DNA of 63,818 nt, filler included, from an uncultured bacterium (GTDB lineage: Bacteria > DAOPZR01): assembly GCA_964637655.1 (NCBI GenBank). It is 4 parts of 4 records of this genome, joined end to end, with 100 filler letters (N's around TTAATTAATTAA, not from the genome) between each part and the next. Parts side by side here need not be neighbours in the genome. Positions count along the whole stretch, not along the records: positions 16,109 to 31,997 come from CAZWUZ010000052.1; positions 32,098 to 47,913 come from CAZWUZ010000053.1; 2 more parts are not named here. One strand, 5' to 3'. The notes below the pieces were generated by a model, which searched no databases, had not been told where the DNA came from, and worked only from the letters and a program-made list of their open reading frames with translations. How positions within the stretch are numbered: position 1 is the stretch's first letter; each line of letters begins with the position of its first letter. Made by a program: the position numbers and the translations under genes. This document shows, in pieces, positions 28,297 to 37,684 of the stretch.

Positions 28297-29595
28297 ATGA
28301 ACCAGACAGAGGCCTGCGCCCGCAGGGTTATCCAGGTGGAGGAACGGCCGCCGCTGCACCAGGCGCTGCCGCTGAGTTTCCAGCATCTCTTCGCCATGTT
28401 CGGCGCCTCGGTGCTCGTCCCGTTCCTGTTCAAGATCGACGCGGCGACGGTGCTGATGATGAACGGCATCGGCACGCTCATCTATATCTTCATCACGCAG
28501 GGGAAGATCCCCGCGTTCCTCGGCTCGAGTTTCGCCTTCCTCTCGCCCGCGTTCGTGGTGATCGCGGCGCAGGGGGGCGGCGACTTCGGCTACCGGCACG
28601 CGCTGGGCGGGTTCATCGCCTCGGGACTGCTGTTCATGGGTTTCGCGCTGATCATCAGGTACGCGGGGATCGGGTGGATCAACGTGCTCATTCCGCCGGC
28701 GGCGATGGGGGCGGTGGTCGCCATCATCGGGCTGGAACTGGCGCCGGTGGCGGCAAAGATGGCGGGGCTGGTGCAGGATGCGAACAACCCGGCGCTTTAC
28801 CTTGCGCCAAAGGCGCTGGCGGTTTCACTGTCGACGCTGACGGTGGTGGTGCTCGGCTCGGTGGCGCTGCGCGGCTTCCTCGCGGCCATCCCCATCCTCA
28901 TCGGGGTCATCTGGGGCTACGGGCTGTCGCTGGCGCTCGGACTGGTTGATTTCACCGCGGTGCACGCGGCCCCGTGGTTCGCCCTGCCGACGTACTACCG
29001 CCCCGAGTTCAGCTGGGCGGCGATCATCACCATCGTCCCGGCGACGCTGGTGGTCATCACCGAGCATATCGGGCACCTGATTGTCACGGGGAACATCATC
29101 GGGCGCGACCTGCCGCGCGATCCGGGCCTCTTCCGCTCACTGACCGGCGACGGCTTGTCGACGACGATCTCGGGGTTCATGGGCTCGGTGCCGACCACCA
29201 CCTACGGCGAGAACATCGGCGTGCTCGCCATCACGAAGGTGTACAGCGTCTGGGTTATCGGCGGGGCGGCGGTCATCTCGCTGGGCATCGCGTTTATCGG
29301 CAAACTCTCGGCGCTGATTGCCACCATCCCGCTGCCGGTGATGGGGGGCATCTGCCTCGTGCTGTTCGGGGTCATTGCCGCCTCGGGGATCCGCATGCTG
29401 GTGGAGAAAAAGGTCGACTACTCGCGTCCGCGCAACATGGTGCTGACCGCGGTGACGTTTGTCGTCGGACTGTGCGGGGCGCACCTGCAACTCGGCGCCG
29501 CGTCGCTGGCCGGCATGGCGCTGGCCACGGTTACCGCGATGGTGCTCGGACTGGTGTTCTTCGTCCTGGACAAACTGCACCTGACGTGTGACTGA
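28297..29595 (+). CDS. uraA: Uracil permease (NCS2/NAT family)
   Basis: QHLFAMFGASVLVP, LGSSFAF, EHIGH and PTTTYGENIGV signature. Confidence 0.93.
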   Translation: MNQTEACARRVIQVEERPPLHQALPLSFQHLFAMFGASVLVPFLFKIDAATVLMMNGIGTLIYIFITQGKIPAFLGSSFAFLSPAFVVIAAQGGGDFGYRHALGGFIASGLLFMGFALIIRYAGIGWINVLIPPAAMGAVVAIIGLELAPVAAKMAGLVQDANNPALYLAPKALAVSLSTLTVVVLGSVALRGFLAAIPILIGVIWGYGLSLALGLVDFTAVHAAPWFALPTYYRPEFSWAAIITIVPATLVVITEHIGHLIVTGNIIGRDLPRDPGLFRSLTGDGLSTTISGFMGSVPTTTYGENIGVLAITKVYSVWVIGGAAVISLGIAFIGKLSALIATIPLPVMGGICLVLFGVIAASGIRMLVEKKVDYSRPRNMVLTAVTFVVGLCGAHLQLGAASLAGMALATVTAMVLGLVFFVLDKLHLTCD

Positions 29596-29598
29596 GGG

Positions 29599-29829
29599 TC
29601 AGCGGGTGACGACGGGCGGGGTGCCCGGCGGGTGCATGTAGGGCAACTGGTCGCGGTGGCGCAACGGCTCGACGAGGATGGCGAAGGCAAGGAGCGCGAA
29701 CAACACGGCGAGCGTGGCCGTGAGCATCCATGACGGCAGGCCGGCATTGAGTGACGGACGGCGATGCCGCTGCCGGCGTGTGTACCAGTTGCGGAATCCC
29801 GCGGGTGCCGCGCGCAACCATGGCGCCAT
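29599..29829 (-). CDS. Small single-TM hypothetical protein (76 aa)
   Basis: AAGGAGG RBS 9 nt upstream; basic N-terminus and one hydrophobic helix. Confidence 0.55.
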   Translation of the reverse strand: MAPWLRAAPAGFRNWYTRRQRHRRPSLNAGLPSWMLTATLAVLFALLAFAILVEPLRHRDQLPYMHPPGTPPVVTR

Positions 29830-29892
29830 CTGCCGCCACCTCCTTACCTTGTATGTCGGCAGCTGCCGGCGGAAAGTTGATAACTGCCCACA

Positions 29893-30951
29893 ATGACAAT
29901 TTTGTGCGTGGTGAGCGGGCACGGGTTCGGGCATGCGACGCGCGTCGCCTGCCTGCTGCAGGAGATACAAAAACAGCGACGGGAAACCCGTATCCTGGTG
30001 CAGACCGTGGCGCCGGCCTGGCTCTTTCCCGGGGCGACGATACTGCCGGCGACCCACGATATCGGCGTGTGCCAGCGGGACGGGCTGACGGTCGACCTGC
30101 CGGCGACGCTGGCCGCGCTGCGTGCCCTGCAGGAGACGGAAACAGGGCGGGCGGCGGCGTTCCGGCAGCTGCTACGCGAAAAGCAGGTGCGCGTGGTGGT
30201 GAGCGATATCCCCGCGCTGCCGCTGCGGTGGGCACGGGAGTGCGGCGTGTACGCCATCGCCATCGGCAATTTTTCATGGGACTACATTTACGGCTGCTAC
30301 GCGGAGACGGAACCGGCGTTCAGGGAGTTTGCGCAGCATCAGGCGGGGGCGTATGCCGCGACCGACCTGTTGCTGCGCCTCCCGCTGGCCGGCCCGCTGC
30401 CTGCCTTTCGCGCGGTGCGCGAGGTGCCGCAGCTGGCGCGGCGCTCACGGCTGACGCGGGCGGAGGCACGGGCGGCGCTCGGGCTGCCCGCGGACCGGCG
30501 GATTATCCTGCTGACCTGCGGTGGTTTCGCCATGCCGGTGCCGGCGCATATCGGCGGGCTGGACCCTGACTGGCACTTCGTCAGTTTCGGTGAACTGCCC
30601 GGGTTCAGTGCGCCGCTGACGGTCTTCGATGCGGCGGCATCATTTCCGCACGAGGATGTGGTGGCGGCGGCGGATGTCGTCATCGGCAAGCCGGGCTACG
30701 GCACCATCAGCGAATGTCTCACGCAGCGCACGAAATTTCTCTACCTGCCGCGCGAGGATTATCCGGAAAACCGCTGGCTGGTCGAAGGACTGCACCGCCA
30801 CGGTATCGCGCGTGAACTCCCCGGGGCGGAGTACCATGCCGGGGTGTGGGGCGCACATATCCGGGCGCTGCTGGCAGATGACCGCCCGTGGCCGGAATTG
30901 CGCACCGACGGTGCCGCCGTCGCTGCCGCCGCGATTCTCGCTAAACTCTGA
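29893..30951 (+). CDS. GT-B fold protein (glycosyltransferase / arabinokinase N-domain-like)
   Basis: SGHGFGHATR, VVSDIP, NFSWD.IY and KPGYGTISEC motifs. Confidence 0.8.
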   Translation: MTILCVVSGHGFGHATRVACLLQEIQKQRRETRILVQTVAPAWLFPGATILPATHDIGVCQRDGLTVDLPATLAALRALQETETGRAAAFRQLLREKQVRVVVSDIPALPLRWARECGVYAIAIGNFSWDYIYGCYAETEPAFREFAQHQAGAYAATDLLLRLPLAGPLPAFRAVREVPQLARRSRLTRAEARAALGLPADRRIILLTCGGFAMPVPAHIGGLDPDWHFVSFGELPGFSAPLTVFDAAASFPHEDVVAAADVVIGKPGYGTISECLTQRTKFLYLPREDYPENRWLVEGLHRHGIARELPGAEYHAGVWGAHIRALLADDRPWPELRTDGAAVAAAAILAKL

Positions 30952-30960
30952 CATACTGTT

Positions 30961-31343
30961 GTACCACGGAGTACACGGAGAACGGCAACAGCTTGTTCAC
31001 CACAGAGCACGCAGAGCACACAGAGAACGGCACGGATGAGCGTGGCTCCCGCAGGCGGGAGCGAAAAAAGCACAGGCAAAAACTCTGTGCACAGCAACGG
31101 CTTGTTCACCGCAGAGCACGCAGAGCACACAGAGAACGGCACGGATGAGCGTGGCTCCCGCAGGCGGGAGCGAAAAAAGCACAGGCAAGAACTCTGTGCA
31201 CGGCAACGGCGTGCTCACTACAGAGTAAACAGAACACGCAGAGGAAAAATCGATGCGCCCAGCGGGCACTACCTTACTGGAATGGCGGAGCAGCGAACGG
31301 CACATCGCGACCGCTCCGTGTGTTCTGTGTGCTCTGCGGTGAA
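30961..31343. repeat. 109-bp tandem duplication of a CACAGAG-type element with an inverted terminal copy
   Basis: Units start at 30985, 31094 and 31203 (partial); 31314-31343 is a near reverse complement of the unit core. Confidence 0.85.
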
Positions 31344-31351
31344 AGGTATTG

Positions 31352-31997
31352 TCAGCGGGTGGCTTCGGGGGCAGGTTCCTGCAGCATGGGTTCGAGCATG
31401 GTGAGCCAGCCGTCCCAGATGCTGCGATAGGAGACGAGCGCGTCGTCAATCCAGCCGGCGGGCGGTCCGTACAGTTCCTCCAGGCGATGGACGGTATACT
31501 GCACGGCATCCATGCGCGCGCCCCTCGAGGACCCGCTCGTAGACGCTGATGGCGCGCTCGCGCACCAGCGTGTCCCGCTCCCGGTGCCAGGCATCGAGGT
31601 CGTCGGTATCGGCCATCGGTTGCGCGGCCAGTTCCGCCTGGTAGCGGTAGAGGCCGAGGATATCGTCGAAGGTGAGGCGGATCTGTGCCAGTTCGCGCCA
31701 GACGAACGGGCGGAATTTTTCCGTGACGCAATCGGGATTGTCGCGCAGCAGCTGCTGCTGCAGGGAGCGCCAGGCATCGAGGTCGGCGGCAGCGGCCGGG
31801 GTGACCGGCTGCAGCCCGGCAAACGGGTCGGCGGCAAGCACCTCGCCGGCGGCAATGAGCGTGCTGTCGCCGGCGTTGCCGGCGGCAACCAGCCCGGTAT
31901 CGACGTTGACGGTGAGCAGGCCTTCGGGCGAAACCTGCACAGTGAAATCGGTGCCGCGGAGGCCCAACCAGGCGGTGGCGGGGGCAACGCGGTAGCG
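31352..31997 (-). pseudogene. FecR-domain protein, 3' part, with an apparent 1-nt frameshift
   Basis: RYRVAPATAWLGLRGTDFTVQV FecR-like motif; coding frame switches at the C4 run 31521-31524; 5' end lost at the contig end. Confidence 0.55.
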
Positions 31998-32097
31998 NNN
32001 NNNNNNNNNNNNNNNNNNNNNNNNNNNNNNNNNNNNNNNNNTTAATTAATTAANNNNNNNNNNNNNNNNNNNNNNNNNNNNNNNNNNNNNNNNNNNN
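31998..32097. other. Artificial contig linker
   Basis: 44 N + TTAATTAATTAA + 44 N. Confidence 0.97.
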
Positions 32098-33243
32098 TGC
32101 TTCCTGCTGTTGGGGTGTGTCGTGCTGGCGGCCGGGTGCGGCAACAGCGGCACCGAAGCGGTGCGCATCGGGGTCATCGCGGAACTGACGGGCGACATCC
32201 CGGCGACGGGCGCCTCCTGCCGCAACGCGGCGGAGATGGCGGTGGCGGAGGCGAACGCGGCGGGGGGGATCACCCTCGGCGGCCGGCGTTTCCCGGTGGA
32301 AATCTGCGTCGAAGACAACGCCAACAAGGCGGAACAGTCGGCGGCGGCCGCGCAGAAACTCGTCACGCAGGAGAACGTTATCGCGGTCATCGGGCCGAAC
32401 GCCTCGCGCGGCGCCATCCCGGCGGCGGAAATCTGCGAGTCGATGCAGGTGCCGTTCATGACCCCGTGGTCGACCAACCCGAAGACCACGCTTGACGCGC
32501 GCACCAGCCAGCCGAAGCGTTTCGCTTTTCGCGCCTGCTTCATCGATCCCTTCCAGGGACGCGTGCTGGCGAAATTCGTGCGCGAACAGCTGCGCTTTAC
32601 CCGCGCGGCGGTGCTCTACGATGTCGCCTCCGACTACAACAAGGGGATTGCCGAGTTTTTCCGCCAGACCTTCACCGCCGCGGGGGGGACGCTTGTCGCG
32701 TTCGAGAGCTACACCACCGGCGACAAGGATTTCTCGGCGCAACTCACCAAGATCAAGGCGGCCAGCCCCGAGGTGCTCTTTCTCCCCAACTATTACAATG
32801 AGGTGCCGTTGCAGGTGCAGCAGGCGCAGCGGCTCGGGCTGAACGTGCCGGTCATCGGGGGGGATGCGTGGGGCAACCCCGAACTGGTGACGCTGGCGGG
32901 ACGTGCGGTGGAGAACTGCTACTTCAGCACGCACTATTCGGCGGAGGCGTCGACCCCGGCAGCGCAGAAGTTCATCACTGCCTACACCGCGAAATTCGGT
33001 GTGGTGCCCGATGACGTGGCGGCACTCACCTACGACGCTTTCGGGCTGGTGCTGCAGGCGGTGGCGGCGGCCGGGCGGCTCGACCGCATGGCGGTGCGTG
33101 ACGCGCTGGCGAGTATCACCAGTTTCGACGGGGTTACCGGCACCATGCAGTTCCAGCCGGGGTCGGGCGACCCGGTAAAAAGCGCGGTCATTCTGCAGGT
33201 GCGGGACGGCAAGTTCGCCTGGTTCGCCAACGCGCAGCCGTGA
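32098..33243 (+). CDS. livK: Branched-chain amino acid ABC substrate-binding lipoprotein (5' truncated)
   Basis: LAAGC lipobox; RIGVIAELTG, FRACFIDPFQG, DKDFSAQL and FDGVTG motifs. Confidence 0.9.
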   Translation, partial: CFLLLGCVVLAAGCGNSGTEAVRIGVIAELTGDIPATGASCRNAAEMAVAEANAAGGITLGGRRFPVEICVEDNANKAEQSAAAAQKLVTQENVIAVIGPNASRGAIPAAEICESMQVPFMTPWSTNPKTTLDARTSQPKRFAFRACFIDPFQGRVLAKFVREQLRFTRAAVLYDVASDYNKGIAEFFRQTFTAAGGTLVAFESYTTGDKDFSAQLTKIKAASPEVLFLPNYYNEVPLQVQQAQRLGLNVPVIGGDAWGNPELVTLAGRAVENCYFSTHYSAEASTPAAQKFITAYTAKFGVVPDDVAALTYDAFGLVLQAVAAAGRLDRMAVRDALASITSFDGVTGTMQFQPGSGDPVKSAVILQVRDGKFAWFANAQP

Positions 33244-33256
33244 CCAGCGCGGCGCG

Positions 33257-34132
33257 ATGACGTATTTTCTCCAGCAGGCGCTGAACGCGCTGCAACTCGG
33301 AAGCATCTACGCGCTCATTGCGCTCGGCTACACCATGGTCTACGGCATCCTCACCATGATCAACTTCGCCCATGGCGATGTCTTCATGGCGGGCGCCTTC
33401 GCCTGCCTCATTGCCGCGGCGACCCTCGGGCTGCCGTTCGTGCCGTCGCTGCTGCTGGCGATGCTCGCCACTGCCGCGCTTGGCGCGCTCATCGAGCGCC
33501 TTGCCTACCGCCCGCTGCGCCAGGCACCCCGCGTCTCGGCCATCATCACCGCGCTCGGGGTGGGGATCTTTCTCGAGCATCTCGTGCTGGCCGCCTACCC
33601 GTACCCGCAGAGCATTCCGCGCCTGCTCCCCGACACGGTCTGGACGCTGGGGGGGCTCACGCTGTCAGCAGTGCAGGTGCTGATCATCGCCGGGACGCTT
33701 ATCCTGCTGCTGGCGCTCGACCGGTTCGTTATGCACACCGACACGGGAATCGCCATGCGTGCCATCGCCTGGGACCGCGGCACGGTGCCGCTGATGGGGG
33801 TGTCCGTCGACCGGATCATCGCGCTCACGTTCGCGCTCGGGGCCGGGCTGGGGGGGGCCGCCGGCGTGATGTACGGCATGGCTTACCCGGTCATCGATCC
33901 GTACATGGGCGTGCTCATCGGCTGGAAGGCGTTTATCGCCGCGGTGGTCGGGGGCATCGGCGTGCTGCGCGGCGCCATGCTCGGCGGCTTTATTCTCGGG
34001 GCGCTGGAAATCTTCGTCGCCGCTTTCCTCCCGTCGACCTGGCGCGATGTCATCGCCTTTGTCCTGCTCATCATCCTGCTGCTGGTGCGCCCGCACGGCC
34101 TGCTCGGCTCGCCGCGCGTGCAGAAGGTCTGA
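33257..34132 (+). CDS. livH: Branched-chain amino acid ABC permease
   Basis: GSIYALIALGYTMVYG..INFAHG, KAFIAAVVGGIG and RPHGLLG motifs. Confidence 0.93.
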   Translation: MTYFLQQALNALQLGSIYALIALGYTMVYGILTMINFAHGDVFMAGAFACLIAAATLGLPFVPSLLLAMLATAALGALIERLAYRPLRQAPRVSAIITALGVGIFLEHLVLAAYPYPQSIPRLLPDTVWTLGGLTLSAVQVLIIAGTLILLLALDRFVMHTDTGIAMRAIAWDRGTVPLMGVSVDRIIALTFALGAGLGGAAGVMYGMAYPVIDPYMGVLIGWKAFIAAVVGGIGVLRGAMLGGFILGALEIFVAAFLPSTWRDVIAFVLLIILLLVRPHGLLGSPRVQKV

Positions 34133-34133
34133 C

Positions 34134-35122
34134 ATGTCGCAGCGCGGGCGCGGTCTGCTGCTCTTCGGTGCGGGCCTGCTGCTCGCCTGGGGGGTGCAGT
34201 ACACCGTCGCGGTCGACCTCTACGTGCAGCTCATCCTCATGTATATCGGCATCAATATCATCCTCACCGCGTCGCTCAACCTGATCAACGGCTACCTGGG
34301 GGAATTCTCCGTCGGGCATGCCGGGTTCATGGCCATCGGTGCCTACACCGCGTCGCTGGTGACCGTCACGCTTATCCCGACGGGCGACCCGCTCTGGCGC
34401 TTCCCGCTGGCGGTCATGCTGGGCGGACTGGCGGCGGCGGTGGCGGGGATGCTTGTCGCCATCCCGTCGTTCCGCACGCGCGGCGACTACCTCGCCATCG
34501 TCACCCTCGCCTTTCTGATGATCGTCAAGTCGGTGGTGGATAACCTCGAAGTGCTGGGCGGGCCGCGCGGCTTCCTCGGCATGGAGAAGCGGACCTGGAG
34601 GCCTGGGTCATCCCGATTCAGACGACGCTGCCGTGGGTGGTGTTCTGGACGGGGCTGACGCTGTGGCTGATCCGCAACTTCGTCTACTCGAAGTACGGGC
34701 GCGGGGTACTCGCCGTGCGCGAGGACGAGATTGCCGCCGAGCAGATGGGGGTGGATACGCGGCGGGTCAAGGTGTTCGCCTTCGCCCTGTCGTCGTTCTT
34801 TGCCGGGGTGGCCGGCGGGCTCTTCGCCCACCTGCTGCAGTTCATCAATCCCGCCTCGTTCAACATCATCAAGTCGACCGACATCCTCATCATGGTCTAT
34901 CTCGGCGGGGTGGGCTCGCTCACCGGCTCGGTGCTCGGCGCCACCGCCTATACCCTGCTGCTCGAGGTGCTGCGCCCGCTTGGCGTCTGGCGCATGGTGC
35001 TGCTGCCGCTGCTGCTCGTGCTGCTCATGCTCTTCCGCCCGCGCGGTATCTGCGGGTGGCGCGAATGGCGGCCGCTGCTTCCCCGGCGCGACCAGGCCGG
35101 GGCGACGGAGGAACACCCGTGA
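34134..35122 (+). pseudogene. livM: Branched-chain amino acid ABC permease, frameshifted near 34591 (may be a sequencing error)
   Basis: N-half (SVGHAGF, RGDYLAIVTL) and C-half (VREDEIAA, VYLGG.GS..G, RPRG) lie in different frames. Confidence 0.8.
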
Positions 35123-35889
35123 CGCTGCTGCACGTTGCGCACCTCACGCACCGCTTCGGCGGCCTGACCGCCATCAGCGATTTCAGCCTGACGGTCGAAC
35201 CGGGGGAACTGGTCGGCATCATCGGGCCCAACGGGGCGGGGAAGACGACCCTGTTCAACCTCATTACCGGGCGCTACCGCGCGACGGAGGGCCGCATCGT
35301 GCTCGACGGACGCGACCTGTCCGGCCTGCGCCCGGAACAGGTGGCGGTGCTCGGCATCGCGCAGACCTTCCAGAACATCCGCCTGTTTCGCGACCTGTCG
35401 GTGCTCGAAAATATCCGCATTGCCTTCTACGCGCGCACGCAGAGCGGGCCGCTGGCGGCGCTGCTGCACACCCCCGCGTTTCACTGCGAAGAGGACCGGC
35501 TGCGGCGCGCGGCGCTCGACCTGCTCGCCTGCTTCGGACTCGAGGCGCACGCGCGCACGGCGGCGGGCGCACTCCCCTACGGGCTGCAGCGGCGGCTGGA
35601 AATCGTGCGCGCACTGGCCGTCAGCCCGAAACTGCTGCTGCTCGACGAGCCGGCGGCGGGCATGAACCCGACGGAGATCGATGCGCTGCTGCAGTTCATT
35701 CTGCGCATCCAGGTGGAGTACGACCTGACGGTCATCCTCATCGAGCACCAGATGCGGCTGGTGATGAACCTGTGCGAACGCATCGTCGTGCTCAACTTCG
35801 GCGCGACCATCGCCGCGGGGACGCCGGACGAGGTGCGTGCCAACCCGGCAGTGCTCGAGGCGTACCTCGGGGAACAGGTGCCGGTCTGA
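35119..35889 (+). CDS. livG: Branched-chain amino acid ABC ATPase
   Basis: GPNGAGKT, LPYG.QRRLEI, LLLDEPAAG and IEH motifs. Confidence 0.93.
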   Translation: MTLLHVAHLTHRFGGLTAISDFSLTVEPGELVGIIGPNGAGKTTLFNLITGRYRATEGRIVLDGRDLSGLRPEQVAVLGIAQTFQNIRLFRDLSVLENIRIAFYARTQSGPLAALLHTPAFHCEEDRLRRAALDLLACFGLEAHARTAAGALPYGLQRRLEIVRALAVSPKLLLLDEPAAGMNPTEIDALLQFILRIQVEYDLTVILIEHQMRLVMNLCERIVVLNFGATIAAGTPDEVRANPAVLEAYLGEQVPV

Positions 35890-36593
35890 TGGAACTTGTG
35901 CTGCGCGGCGTGAGTGTGCGCTACGGGCCGGTGCAGGCGCTGCGTGACCTGTCACTGACCGTTGGTCCCGGGGAGTGGGTGACACTGCTCGGCGCCAACG
36001 GCGCGGGGAAGTCGACCGCGGTGCGCGCCATTTCCGGGCAGGTGCCGTACACCGGGGAGATCGTCTGGGACGGCGAAAACCTCGCCGGGCTTACTCCCGA
36101 GGCGCGCGTGGCGCGCGGGCTGGTGCAGGTACCCGAGGGACGCGGCATCTTCGGCAACCTGACGGTCGGGGAAAACCTCACGCTGGCGGCCTGGCAACAG
36201 CGCGACCGGGTGCAGCGGCGGCGCGACCGCGACCGGGTCTACGCGCTCTTTCCGCGCCTCGCGGAACGCGAGACGCAGCGGGCGGAGACGCTCTCGGGGG
36301 GCGAGCAGCAGATGCTCGCGCTGGGTCGCGCCCTGATGAGCCGCGCCCGCCTGCTGCTGCTCGACGAACCGTCGATGGGCCTCGCCCCGCTGCTGGTGCG
36401 CGAGATCTTCACCCTGCTGGCGGAACTCAACCGCGCGGGGACGGGCATGCTGCTGGTCGAGCAGAACGCGAATCTCGCGCTGCACCATGCCACGCGCGGC
36501 TACGTGCTGGAAACGGGTGCGTGCATCCTCACGGGGACGCGGGCGGAACTGAGCGGCCATCCGCGCGTGCGCGCGGCCTACCTCGGCGGATAA
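35889..36593 (+). CDS. livF: Branched-chain amino acid ABC ATPase
   Basis: GANGAGKS, VPEGR, LSGGEQQM, LDEPSMGL and VEQN motifs. Confidence 0.93.
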   Translation: MELVLRGVSVRYGPVQALRDLSLTVGPGEWVTLLGANGAGKSTAVRAISGQVPYTGEIVWDGENLAGLTPEARVARGLVQVPEGRGIFGNLTVGENLTLAAWQQRDRVQRRRDRDRVYALFPRLAERETQRAETLSGGEQQMLALGRALMSRARLLLLDEPSMGLAPLLVREIFTLLAELNRAGTGMLLVEQNANLALHHATRGYVLETGACILTGTRAELSGHPRVRAAYLGG

Positions 36594-37609
36594 GCGCGTT
36601 CGAGCAGGGCGCGCGCGGTGCGGTAGTCGAGGCGGCGGCGGCGTTTGCCTTCCTTCGTATTTCCTTTGAACGGCGATAACAGCAGGTCATGCGTGGCGGT
36701 GCGGTGACGCGCGAGGAGCGCGTTGACGCGCGCGGCCAGTGCGGGGATGTCACGCGCCGGCACGGTGGGCAGCGCGATGAGCGTGATGAGGCGCGAACTG
36801 TGGCGGATGCGCGCGCGGTCATAGCGCAGTTCGGCGGCGGGGAGGAAGGCGAGGGGGCGCGCGGGGTCGGTGCTGTCGACCGCGCGCAGTGCCAGTGCGC
36901 CGTCGGGATCATTGAAGCGCAGCGGGAGCGATCCGTCCGGCACCAGCCGGTGCCGCAGCAGCGCCCCGAGCGTCCCTGCCGGGGTCTCGTCCTTGAACAG
37001 GCGCACGCGCGCCGGCGGCTTGCGCACCCCGTCGAAGCAGGCACCGCAGGCGGGGCAGGAAGTGGCGGAGAAGGGGTGCCGTTCGAGCACGACGAGCAGT
37101 GCCAGTTCGGCGAGGTCGTAGCCGCTGTGCAAAAAGGTTTCCGGCACGATGGCCACCACGTGACGGGCCGCGGCGCGGCAGCGGTCGAGCGCGATGCGGT
37201 AGAGGTCGTCATGCTGCGGACTGGCGGCGAAGTGGTGCGCCACGCGGTGCAGCACGCGCTTGCGTCTCGCGCTGTACTTGGCGAGGTAGGGCGGGTTGGT
37301 GAGGATGAGCGTTCCGGGTTGCGGCGGGATGGCGCGCAGCGAATCGCGACGCGGCCAGCGCCCGCGCGGCTCGATATCACAACCGGCCAGGGTCCAGGTG
37401 CCGTGCGCCGCGACCGCGTCGAGCAGATGCCCGTCGCCGGCGAACGGATCGAGGATGTGTTTGACCCGGGCAGCACGGATGAAGGTGAGCACCTGCGGTG
37501 TCAGCCACGTGGGGCCTTCGGTGTAGAAGGCGCCGCGGGCGACACGCCCGGCGTCAATGGTGGCAAAGCGGCGGCGTTCGCGTGAGATGAGCATTCTTCC
37601 CGTGGCCAT
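36578..37609 (-). CDS. Solitary DNA amino-methyltransferase-like protein (N6-A/N4-C)
   Basis: Motif I LDPFAGDG precedes motif IV TNPPY; DDLY and IVPETF motifs. Confidence 0.75.
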   Translation of the reverse strand: MATGRMLISRERRRFATIDAGRVARGAFYTEGPTWLTPQVLTFIRAARVKHILDPFAGDGHLLDAVAAHGTWTLAGCDIEPRGRWPRRDSLRAIPPQPGTLILTNPPYLAKYSARRKRVLHRVAHHFAASPQHDDLYRIALDRCRAAARHVVAIVPETFLHSGYDLAELALLVVLERHPFSATSCPACGACFDGVRKPPARVRLFKDETPAGTLGALLRHRLVPDGSLPLRFNDPDGALALRAVDSTDPARPLAFLPAAELRYDRARIRHSSRLITLIALPTVPARDIPALAARVNALLARHRTATHDLLLSPFKGNTKEGKRRRRLDYRTARALLERAYPPR

Positions 37610-37684
37610 AGGCGGAGTATAGCACATTGACAGCAGCGACGGAAAGACGCTATACGTGGTGACAACACGCACGCGGAGGAGAGC

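Noticed and set aside
30985-31343. 109-bp repeats as CRISPR or as protein-coding ORFs (LCVLCVLCG, HREHRE frames)
   Set aside because: Whole-unit duplication without spacers; the translations just reflect the repeat's periodicity
34595-34623. 29-bp mini-insertion in livM
   Set aside because: The segment reads as normal codons in the downstream frame; a single-base indel is the simpler explanation
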